A DNA stretch of 64,000 nucleotides, from positions 22,519 through 86,518 of the forward strand of contig JAJUJA010000003.1 in NCBI GenBank assembly GCA_029267355.1, read 5' to 3'. This stretch comes from Elusimicrobiota bacterium (GTDB taxonomy: Bacteria > Elusimicrobiota > Elusimicrobia > Elusimicrobiales > UBA9959). Shown piece after piece: positions 34,463-41,886 of the stretch (within the stretch, counting starts at the first letter, position 1; each line of letters starts with the position of its first letter). Made by a program: the position numbers and the translations under genes. The notes beneath the pieces were generated by a model that saw only the letters and a list, made by a program, of their open reading frames with translations, was not told the origin of the DNA and did no database searches.

Positions 34463-35149
34463 TCAGCTTAAGCCGTCAAGAATATCCCGCAAATCCCTTC
34501 CTATGGCGAGATATACCGGCCTGTCTGACAGCGTGTAGTTCTTTATTCTCTGCTTTTTAAGCTCTTTGGTCGCTTCTACCAGCTTTTCCAGGCTCTTTGA
34601 TTCTCTGGTGACGACCATATCCTGATCATCTATGCCATAGGAATGGAAAAAATTCTCCTTGATATCCCCGTAAGCTGAAAGGACCTTAGCCCTTTCATTT
34701 ATAAGCGATTCCCTTTCCATATGCGTCATTTCATACCATATCTGGCTTTTGATAAGGGGGTGCACAAGAAGGTACTTGTAAATACCGAAATTGCCCTGCA
34801 TGAAGGAAAATATATCTTTCGTACCGGCCGGGGCCTTGTACATTCCTATGTAGGAGTCTGTCTGCTCAAAATATTTGCCTATGCCCATGGAAAATGTCCT
34901 TGAGCATATCTCCTGGAGAAACTGCAGATCCTCCGACATGCGCCAGAACAGGATATCGCAGCTTTTTTTTAGTCCGGTCATAAAGTATGTTCTGAGAAAA
35001 ATTTTTTCCTGGCAGCTTCCTATAAGATTTTCAAATTCCTGCTTGGCGGCTATTTTTTCGTTTGAAACCAGCAGTCTGAAATCTGTCTTGAGTTTTAGAA
35101 AAAGAAAACTGGAATATATGTTCACATCGCTTTCATTGTTCTGCGTCAT
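34463..35149 (-). CDS. Chlorite dismutase / HemQ (ChdC) family-like protein
   Basis: IWYEMTHMERESLINE... and SYGIDDQDMVVTRESKSLEKLVEATKELKK resemble the family pattern WY-l---eR---m--H and GlDD-efiv-fEt-dl--f-dLv--LR. Confidence 0.45.
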   Translation of the reverse strand: MTQNNESDVNIYSSFLFLKLKTDFRLLVSNEKIAAKQEFENLIGSCQEKIFLRTYFMTGLKKSCDILFWRMSEDLQFLQEICSRTFSMGIGKYFEQTDSYIGMYKAPAGTKDIFSFMQGNFGIYKYLLVHPLIKSQIWYEMTHMERESLINERAKVLSAYGDIKENFFHSYGIDDQDMVVTRESKSLEKLVEATKELKKQRIKNYTLSDRPVYLAIGRDLRDILDGLS

Positions 35150-36194
35150 ATTCCTCCTTTTTTGGCGAAGCTTTTGCCGGCTTCCTCGTTTTGGCTGAGA
35201 CGCCTTTTTTTGCCGAGTTTTTTGCTTTTGACGGCAAAGCTGTTACGCTCTTTTTTGCCGGCTTGCTTGCGGAAAGGCTCTCTTCCCTGGCGGCTTTTGC
35301 TTTCTCTTTCATCTCAGTCTGAGGCGGCTCTGTCCCTGCCGGCCTGCTTTGAGCGGGTAGGAATGATTTTGTCGGACTTAAAATTTCAAGTTTATCGGCT
35401 GATATGAGCCCGGGCTTTATCTCAATAAGCAGGTATCTTTTGCCGTCCTTTATTATCACATCCCTGCGGTCAACAAGCTTGGCGTTTTTGCTTTCACCTA
35501 TGAAAATTGAACCCTCAAAGGTTTCGCCTATCTTTATCCTGTCCTTAAGCTCCTCAATATCCATCCACAGCCTGTAGAAAAAAGGCTTGTCCTTGAGGGG
35601 GACAAAGCTTTTCAGATAAAGATCGACCTTAACTCCGTCATCTCTTACGGAAGCCATCGACGCTTTCATCATTGTCGCCAGATGCGAGTATATGGGTTCG
35701 GTATTGACGGCTATTATCTGCATTTTCCTTGCCACTGTAAAAAGTTTATCGCCTTCATTGACATAATCCTTCGGCTTTACATAGACGTTAACGATTATGC
35801 CCGGGTCTTTCGGTTTTATGTCATAGTAGTCAAAGGAGCCCTTCCATCTTTTCAGTATCTGTTTTTTTGACTGCGGGTCTGAGGTGTTGGCGGTGTCCAG
35901 AAGGGCCGCCATATCCTTGGTTACGGCCTTGGCCATAATTGTTTCAGGATAAACCAGATCAAAAAGTTCCGACCTCACCTCGTCTATTCTGCCGTCAAAA
36001 GGCGCATAAATGTCATAAGTCTCATAGGCGGAAGGAGTGCCTCTTATTTTGGCGGAAACGGAAATATCGGCGGTGTCTATCTCCTTCTCCATGCCGAAGG
36101 CGCAGGCGCTTGAAATATCTAAAAGCTGTTCCTGGGCAGAAAGCGTCAAGCTTAAGGCAAACAGAATGCAGGCCGGGATCTTATTTCTTGACAT
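35133..36194 (-). CDS. Exported hypothetical protein with barrel-sandwich (lipoyl/HlyD-like) motif and Lys/Ala/Pro-rich C-terminal tail
   Basis: Signal-like MSRNKIPACILFALSLTLSA. IYAPFDGRIDEV resembles the membrane-fusion-protein lipoyl motif. The last ~75 aa are rich in K, A, S and P. The start is set to 36194 to limit overlap with thyX. Confidence 0.4.
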   Translation of the reverse strand: MSRNKIPACILFALSLTLSAQEQLLDISSACAFGMEKEIDTADISVSAKIRGTPSAYETYDIYAPFDGRIDEVRSELFDLVYPETIMAKAVTKDMAALLDTANTSDPQSKKQILKRWKGSFDYYDIKPKDPGIIVNVYVKPKDYVNEGDKLFTVARKMQIIAVNTEPIYSHLATMMKASMASVRDDGVKVDLYLKSFVPLKDKPFFYRLWMDIEELKDRIKIGETFEGSIFIGESKNAKLVDRRDVIIKDGKRYLLIEIKPGLISADKLEILSPTKSFLPAQSRPAGTEPPQTEMKEKAKAAREESLSASKPAKKSVTALPSKAKNSAKKGVSAKTRKPAKASPKKEEYDAEQ

Positions 36195-36861
36195 AAATGC
36201 GGTTAAATGCCTCCCAGGTCCACGGCATTTTTTCCTCAAATATCGCGGCTATGGCTTTAGCGTACAGCCGTATTTCATGCTGGGCATGAGAATCAGTTCT
36301 CAGCTTTATGAAGTTAAGCAGGCTTCTTGCGTTTATGGTCCAGTAATATTCCGTGTACATGGATACGGGCAGCACCATACGGGCCATTTCTCTGGCTGCG
36401 CCGGCTTCCATAAGCTGTTTATAGGCCTTATAAGAATGCTTAAGGGCGTCTTCATAGATTTTTAGCATTTTTTCATTATCCAGCAAGTCTGACTCAACGG
36501 AGCCCTGTACATTGCTTTTGTCCTGCGCTCTGAATTTTTCAGGAAAATAAAATTCCTCCTTGACCTGGGTATATCTGGCGCTTATTTCATTATAGGAGGC
36601 GATCCTGTGGCGCATCCATTGTCTTGCCACAAAAATGGGGCATTTTATATGGAACTGAAAAACTGAATGCTCAAAGGGGCTGAAATGTTCATGTTCCAGC
36701 AGGTACTCAAGCAGCTTTTTATCTCTTTCCGGCCCCTTTGAAGAGGAACCGAAGCTTACTCTGGCGGATTCAACCGCCCTCTGATCTCCTCCTACAAAAT
36801 CCACAAGGCGCACGAAGCCCTTGTCTAAAACTTTCAAAATTTTTTCAGTCTGATTCATCAA
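36181..36861 (-). CDS. thyX: Flavin-dependent thymidylate synthase ThyX
   Basis: The ThyX signature RHRIASYNEISARY (RHR-x7-S-x-RY). Confidence 0.9.
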   Translation of the reverse strand: MMNQTEKILKVLDKGFVRLVDFVGGDQRAVESARVSFGSSSKGPERDKKLLEYLLEHEHFSPFEHSVFQFHIKCPIFVARQWMRHRIASYNEISARYTQVKEEFYFPEKFRAQDKSNVQGSVESDLLDNEKMLKIYEDALKHSYKAYKQLMEAGAAREMARMVLPVSMYTEYYWTINARSLLNFIKLRTDSHAQHEIRLYAKAIAAIFEEKMPWTWEAFNRIYVKK

Positions 36862-36917
36862 AGCCCCTTTGCGGTCCTTTCAGCCGCATATTTTATATAA
36901 TCTATTTTATCAAAATT

Positions 36918-37316
36918 ATGAAAGAGTTGGACAAATCGCTTGCTATAATGAAAAAACTGCTGGGCCCAGGCGGCTGCCCCTGGGACAAAAAACAGACTCA
37001 CCGCAGTCTGCTTAAATATCTCAGGGAGGAAAGCGCGGAATTTTCATCGGCGGTTTTCAGAAAGGACTATTCTAATATGAAAGAAGAGCTTGGTGACCTG
37101 CTTTTGCAGGTTATTTTTCACTGCGCTATCGCCGAAAAAAACAGGAAATTTTCATTCAAAGATGTGGCGGCAGAGCTTAACAGAAAGCTGATAAGAAGGC
37201 ATCCGCATGTTTTTTCTTCAAGGAAAAAAATAAGCGAGAGGCAGGTGCTTAAACAATGGGAAGAGATAAAGAAAAAGGAGAGAAAATGCGAATTGAAAAA
37301 AAACTTGCGCGCCTGA
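36918..37316 (+). CDS. mazG: MazG-family nucleoside triphosphate pyrophosphohydrolase
   Basis: GCPWDKKQTHRSLLKYLREESAEF and EELGDLLLQV. The start is set to ATG 36918; the track start at 36738 lies antisense within thyX. Confidence 0.85.
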   Translation: MKELDKSLAIMKKLLGPGGCPWDKKQTHRSLLKYLREESAEFSSAVFRKDYSNMKEELGDLLLQVIFHCAIAEKNRKFSFKDVAAELNRKLIRRHPHVFSSRKKISERQVLKQWEEIKKKERKCELKKNLRA

Positions 37317-38740
37317 TTTACCCTGAATTGAGATTCGGGAAAACCGCTTTTGAAGAAGCCAGGAAACTGGTTAAGGACGGGGTGGGCGGATTTTGCATAT
37401 ACGGCGGCTCCAGAGACGAAATAATAGAGTTCACATCGGCTTTGAGGGCTGAGTCGGATCACAGGCTTGTTTTCGCGGCAGACTATGAAAACGGCGCCGG
37501 CCAGTGGATAAAGGAAGGGACATTGCTTCCCAGCAATATGGCTATCGGCGCCTCAGGCGATCCGGAAATAGCCAGAAGAAAAGCGGTAATAACAGCCGTT
37601 GAAGGCGCGGCCCTGGGTATAGACTGGATCTTCGCTCCGGTTCTGGATTTGGCTGAGGAACATGAAAATCCGATAGTCAATCTCAGAGCTTTTTCAGATG
37701 AGCCTGCCAAAGTGTCTGCTCTGGCTTCAGCTTATATTGAGGGCCTTGACGCCGTGGGCTCTATTTCCTGCCTAAAGCATTTTCCCGGTCACGGCTCCAC
37801 CAAAGCCGATTCTCATCTTACCCTGCCTGAAGTCACAAAAAATATGCAGCAGCTTTTTGATAGAGAGCTTAAACCGTTCCAGTCTTTATGCAGAAAATCG
37901 GATTCGGTCATGGTCGGCCATCTGAATATTGCGGCTCTTGACGCCGAAAATATAACCTCATTTTCAAAAAAAACGATAACAGGACTTTTAAGAGAGAGGC
38001 TTTCTTTTGACGGACTTATAGTTACAGATGCGCTCTCAATGAAAGCTATTTCTGATGAGGGCCGGGCGGGCGTGAAAGCTCTGCTGGCCGGAGCGGATAT
38101 ACTGCTTGTCCCGGAAGACGCATACAGGCTGCTTGACGCACTGATTAAGGCCTATGCCTCGGGAGTGATAAACGATGAAATGATAGACAAAGCGCTGGCC
38201 AGGCAGGAGAAGATGGCGGCCAAGCCCGGGAAGAACTTTTTTTCAGCATATTCCAAAGACATCATAGGCTGCGCCGAACATAAAAAATTCGTTCATGAAA
38301 TCGCATCCAAATGCCAGGTTCAGGTTAAAGACGAATATTTTCCCAGAAAGAAAATTTATTACTGGGAAGACGGCGATAAGACTCAAATCAAGGGAGAGTT
38401 TTTCAGGGAAAAACTAAGGGAGCTTGGGGCGAGTTTCGCGGATTCGCCGTCCGGCGCTGATTGTATTCTTCTGGCTTCATTCTCAAGGCCGAGAGCTTAC
38501 AGCGGGCGCATCAATATGGCCGCGGAAGATAAAGCTGAAACTGAAAAGCTGCTGTCTGCGGGAAAACCGGCCGCCATGGTTTGTTTCGGCAGTCCTTTTT
38601 CGGCTGACAGCTATCTGGACCGCTTAAACGGCCTTATCTGCGCCTTCTCGGATTTGCCCGACTTTCAAAGAAAAGCCGCGGAAGGTTTTATGCATAAAGC
38701 GTCTCTTACAGGAGAAATGCCTGTAAGGCTGGGCAAATGA
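37286..38740 (+). CDS. Glycoside hydrolase family 3 (NagZ-like beta-N-acetylhexosaminidase) with C-terminal domain
   Basis: KHFPGHGSTKADSH signature and VTDALSM. An AAAGGAGAG RBS precedes ATG 37286. Confidence 0.8.
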   Translation: MRIEKKLARLIYPELRFGKTAFEEARKLVKDGVGGFCIYGGSRDEIIEFTSALRAESDHRLVFAADYENGAGQWIKEGTLLPSNMAIGASGDPEIARRKAVITAVEGAALGIDWIFAPVLDLAEEHENPIVNLRAFSDEPAKVSALASAYIEGLDAVGSISCLKHFPGHGSTKADSHLTLPEVTKNMQQLFDRELKPFQSLCRKSDSVMVGHLNIAALDAENITSFSKKTITGLLRERLSFDGLIVTDALSMKAISDEGRAGVKALLAGADILLVPEDAYRLLDALIKAYASGVINDEMIDKALARQEKMAAKPGKNFFSAYSKDIIGCAEHKKFVHEIASKCQVQVKDEYFPRKKIYYWEDGDKTQIKGEFFREKLRELGASFADSPSGADCILLASFSRPRAYSGRINMAAEDKAETEKLLSAGKPAAMVCFGSPFSADSYLDRLNGLICAFSDLPDFQRKAAEGFMHKASLTGEMPVRLGK

Positions 38741-40188
38741 CCCCGCAATTGTATCCCTTGGATTGGGCCATACTCGCTTTTGCCCTGGGCGTTCTTTTGC
38801 TTATAGCCTTTTTTTCCGGGCGCGGACAGAAGGATACGCAGGACTTTTTCCTGGCGAAAAGAAAAATACCGGTTTGGGCGGCGACATTCTCCTTCGTGGC
38901 CACTGAGATAAGCGCCATGACGATAGTCGGCGTGCCTGCAGTCGGCTTTTCGGAAAACTGGCAATACCTGCAGTTTTTTATAGGCTCTGCCGCGGCGAGA
39001 ATATTTATCGCCTACTTTTTTATCCCGTCTTTTTACAAATACGGCAGTGTGACGATTTACGAATTTTTAGGAAAGCGTTTCGGAGTTTCAACCCAGTATT
39101 GCTCAAGCGCTTTTTTCTTTGTCACAAGGCTTTTTGCCTCCGGCGTGCGGCTTTATGCCGCATCGCTGGCCGTGTCGGTTTTGTTGGGCTGGCCTCTTAT
39201 TCATGCCATAGTTTTTTTCTCTGTGGTATCAATTGCCTTCATAGGATTCGGCGGAATAAGGGCAGTGGTCTGGACCGGCATATGGGAGGCATCCTCTTTT
39301 TATATAGCCGGCGCTTTGATGTTTTACGCCATTTTCAACGCTTCAGGCCTGTCTATCGGACAGTTTCTGGAAACAGCTGCCGCCAGCAATAAGCTTTCTG
39401 TAATAAACTGGGGAATGAATTTTTCCGACCCTAACATATTTCTGATAGCGGTCATTAACGGCGTTTTCGGATCTATGGCCGCTTTCGGCACAGATCAGGA
39501 GCTTATGCAGCGCCTTCTGACTCTCAACACAAGAAGAGAAAGCCAGAAAAGCATAATGCTCACCATATTTGCCACTCTTCCGCTGGTTACACTGTATCTT
39601 GCAGTGGGCACGGCAATCTTTGTCTATTACAAGGTTAATCCCGGAGCCGCGCTGCCCGACAACAGCGACAAAATACTTTCGCATTTTGCGCTGAATTTTT
39701 TCCCCGCAGGGCTTAAGGGCGTCTTTCTTGCCGCTGTCATGCTTGCCAGCATAGATTCTCCGCTGAGTTCTCTTTCCTCTTCTTTTATAACCGACGTTTA
39801 TAAGCCGCTTTCAGGGCAGACAGACGAACAGAAACTTTTGAGGCTTTCGCGCTTTTCCATTTTTGCATTCGGCTTAATCCTTGCTGCTATAGCGTTCATG
39901 TGCCAGAATGTAAAGGGAATGCTGTGGCTGGCTTTCAAGATTAACGGCTTGACGGCAGGCAGTCTGCTCGGCATTTTCCTGCTTGGCATTTTCACGAACA
40001 GAAAGTCGGATAAAAGCAATGCCGCGTCTATGATAGCAGCCTTCCTGATATGCCTGACCGTGATGATCCTGTCTGAAAAAAATATTTTGCCCGTCGGCTG
40101 GAGCTGGTTTATAGTCATAGGCACAATTTCAACCTTTACCATGGCCTTTTCTCTTTCGTCCAGGAATGAAAATGGCCCTGCGAAATAA
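38737..40188 (+). CDS. Sodium:solute symporter family (SSF) transporter
   Basis: About 13 TM segments, FFLAKRKIP, and GGIRAVVWTGIWE. ATGA overlap with the GH3 gene at 38737-38740. Confidence 0.7.
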   Translation: MTPQLYPLDWAILAFALGVLLLIAFFSGRGQKDTQDFFLAKRKIPVWAATFSFVATEISAMTIVGVPAVGFSENWQYLQFFIGSAAARIFIAYFFIPSFYKYGSVTIYEFLGKRFGVSTQYCSSAFFFVTRLFASGVRLYAASLAVSVLLGWPLIHAIVFFSVVSIAFIGFGGIRAVVWTGIWEASSFYIAGALMFYAIFNASGLSIGQFLETAAASNKLSVINWGMNFSDPNIFLIAVINGVFGSMAAFGTDQELMQRLLTLNTRRESQKSIMLTIFATLPLVTLYLAVGTAIFVYYKVNPGAALPDNSDKILSHFALNFFPAGLKGVFLAAVMLASIDSPLSSLSSSFITDVYKPLSGQTDEQKLLRLSRFSIFAFGLILAAIAFMCQNVKGMLWLAFKINGLTAGSLLGIFLLGIFTNRKSDKSNAASMIAAFLICLTVMILSEKNILPVGWSWFIVIGTISTFTMAFSLSSRNENGPAK

Positions 40189-40222
40189 AAAAACCTCCCC
40201 CGCGAGGAGGAGGCTTTTTCTC
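40186..40222. terminator. Possible bidirectional terminator between the convergent SSF and ytxH genes
   Basis: An A-run, then a CCTCC...GGAGG stem, then CTTTTTCT. The stem is short (5 bp, with two possible registers). Confidence 0.4.
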
Positions 40223-40233
40223 TTATTAAAAGA

Positions 40234-40449
40234 CTAATTCTTCATCAGCTGTTCTTTTCTCTTCTTAAGCTCATTTTCCAGCTTTTCTATAGCTTCTTTG
40301 GCGTTTTCGCCCTTTTCTTCAAGCCAGTCATTGAGCCTTTCTCTTGTAACCTTTCCGCTGGCCGGCGCAAATAGTATGCCGAGAGCAGCGCCTATTACGC
40401 CGCCGAGCAGGAAAGCTGTAAGTATCTCTCCGTTTCTGTTTTCAGACAT
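40234..40449 (-). CDS. YtxH domain protein
   Basis: LLGGVIGAALGILFAPASGKVTRERL matches the YtxH signature. One TM plus a helical tail. Confidence 0.75.
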   Translation of the reverse strand: MSENRNGEILTAFLLGGVIGAALGILFAPASGKVTRERLNDWLEEKGENAKEAIEKLENELKKRKEQLMKN

Positions 40450-40549
40450 AAGCCCTCCATATTAGAAATTCTCTGCCTGCTGAGATAATTCTAACTTAAT
40501 AGAAGCCGAAGGTCAAACAAAAGTCTTCCCTTTTTATATAATCTTAGCT

Positions 40550-41809
40550 ATGAAAGCCTGGACGGCGCTTTTTTTGCTTTTGCCTGCTCAAATATCGGCC
40601 TATCCGCAGGATTTGCTTTTGAGCAAAAAACTTTTCAGCGAATACCGCGAAACCATAAGGAAAACAGACACAGGAAAAGATTTTTACGAGCGTTTTGAAG
40701 CTTTAAGCAGCAGGGAACCGAGGATTTTATTGAGATATTCCAAAGGGGACGGGCTTGCCTATTATGTTCCCAAGAAAGACGTCATATATCTGAATACAAA
40801 GTACATAAGAATGTTTTTTTCCATAAAAGGATATTCCGACGAAAAGATAATAAAAGCTTTCAATACTGATTCAGCCGTAAGAAAAGAATTCGTCTCCTAC
40901 AGCGATTCGGTTTTTTTTCATGAGCTTGTGCATTGCCTGCAAAACAGAAAATACGGCAGGGCCTATTATATGAAGGAAGGGACGATTTTTATTGAGTTTG
41001 AATACGAGGCCTTTTTTCTGAGCGATATGTATTTTTACGAAAAAATGAAAAATAACAGAAAGCTTTTTTATGAGCTTCTAGCCGGAAAATACTGGGATAT
41101 ATACACGGGCTCTGATCTCGCCGGATATTTGAAGATAACAATGGACCCTGAAAAATACAAGAGGGAGATAGAGTCAAGATATGCCGACGAAATGGGCGGA
41201 TATGTTCCCTTAAGTTTTGAGGAGACCAGAAAAAAGGTCAGGGCAGATGAAAGCAGGCTTCTTTCAATGGCCGGCGGCTCAGGCTGGGAAAAAGAAAAGC
41301 AGGATCTGCAGGAGATAGAAAGACAAAAAAAGGAATATGAGGCTTTCATCAAAGATTTCTATGAAAAGAAATGGCCGGTTTTTGCGCCTCAGGCTTTTTT
41401 TTACACTTTGGAAGTTTCCACGCAGGCGGAGAATTTTTCACTGGCGCTCAGTCTGGTCTCTGAAGCCGAAAAAAACATTGAAAGTTATTCCATTTCTGAG
41501 GCTGAAAAGACAAGGCTTAAAACGGCCTGCGCCCTGGTCTTCCTTCAGGCGGCTGATTTTTTCAGGGATAAATCCTCAACTCTCACTGGAAGACAGAAGT
41601 TTTTTCTCCTTTACAATCTGGACAGGGCCTGCATATCTGCAGGCAGGGAATTCCCGTCTGACCTCAGGGAAGAAAAGGAAAGGCTTTACAGAAAGACGCT
41701 GAAGGAGCTTTTGAAGGAAAGCGAGACTGTCTCAAAGCAGGAAAAAGAGGAGATAAGCGAAATAATAAAATTTCTGACATCTTCAGTTTCAGGCGGAGTA
41801 CAGCAATAA
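40550..41809 (+). CDS. Secreted hypothetical protein with HExxH motif (HELVHCLQ, DUF4157-like signature)
   Basis: Signal peptide MKAWTALFLLLPAQISA. FFHELVHCLQNR resembles the HEL-x-H-x-x-Q pattern of DUF4157 metallopeptidase-like domains. The C-terminal half is helical. Confidence 0.4.
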   Translation: MKAWTALFLLLPAQISAYPQDLLLSKKLFSEYRETIRKTDTGKDFYERFEALSSREPRILLRYSKGDGLAYYVPKKDVIYLNTKYIRMFFSIKGYSDEKIIKAFNTDSAVRKEFVSYSDSVFFHELVHCLQNRKYGRAYYMKEGTIFIEFEYEAFFLSDMYFYEKMKNNRKLFYELLAGKYWDIYTGSDLAGYLKITMDPEKYKREIESRYADEMGGYVPLSFEETRKKVRADESRLLSMAGGSGWEKEKQDLQEIERQKKEYEAFIKDFYEKKWPVFAPQAFFYTLEVSTQAENFSLALSLVSEAEKNIESYSISEAEKTRLKTACALVFLQAADFFRDKSSTLTGRQKFFLLYNLDRACISAGREFPSDLREEKERLYRKTLKELLKESETVSKQEKEEISEIIKFLTSSVSGGVQQ

Positions 41810-41856
41810 GTCTCTGTTAAGGCGGTTATTGATGACTTGCTGCTAATCTTGCCTCT

Positions 41857-41886
41857 ATTCATACTTTTTAATAAAATAGTATGAAT
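41857..41886. promoter_or_regulatory. Perfect 9-bp inverted repeat with NikR-type half-sites at the TonB-dependent receptor start
   Basis: ATTCATACT (41857-41865), 12-nt AT-only spacer, AGTATGAAT (41878-41886). It contains TCATAC and GTATGA, the hexamers of the E. coli NikR operator GTATGA-N16-TCATAC, here in the opposite relative order with N14. The right arm overlaps the ATG at 41885. Confidence 0.45.

Noticed and set aside
40458-40495. An imperfect palindrome TTAGAAATTCTC-N7-GAGATAATTCTAA upstream of ytxH, considered as a possible operator.
   Set aside because: The arms are imperfect with an indel, the sequence is AT-rich so chance dyads are common, and no adjacent regulator suggests a function. 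It is noted only as a possible 5' UTR hairpin.
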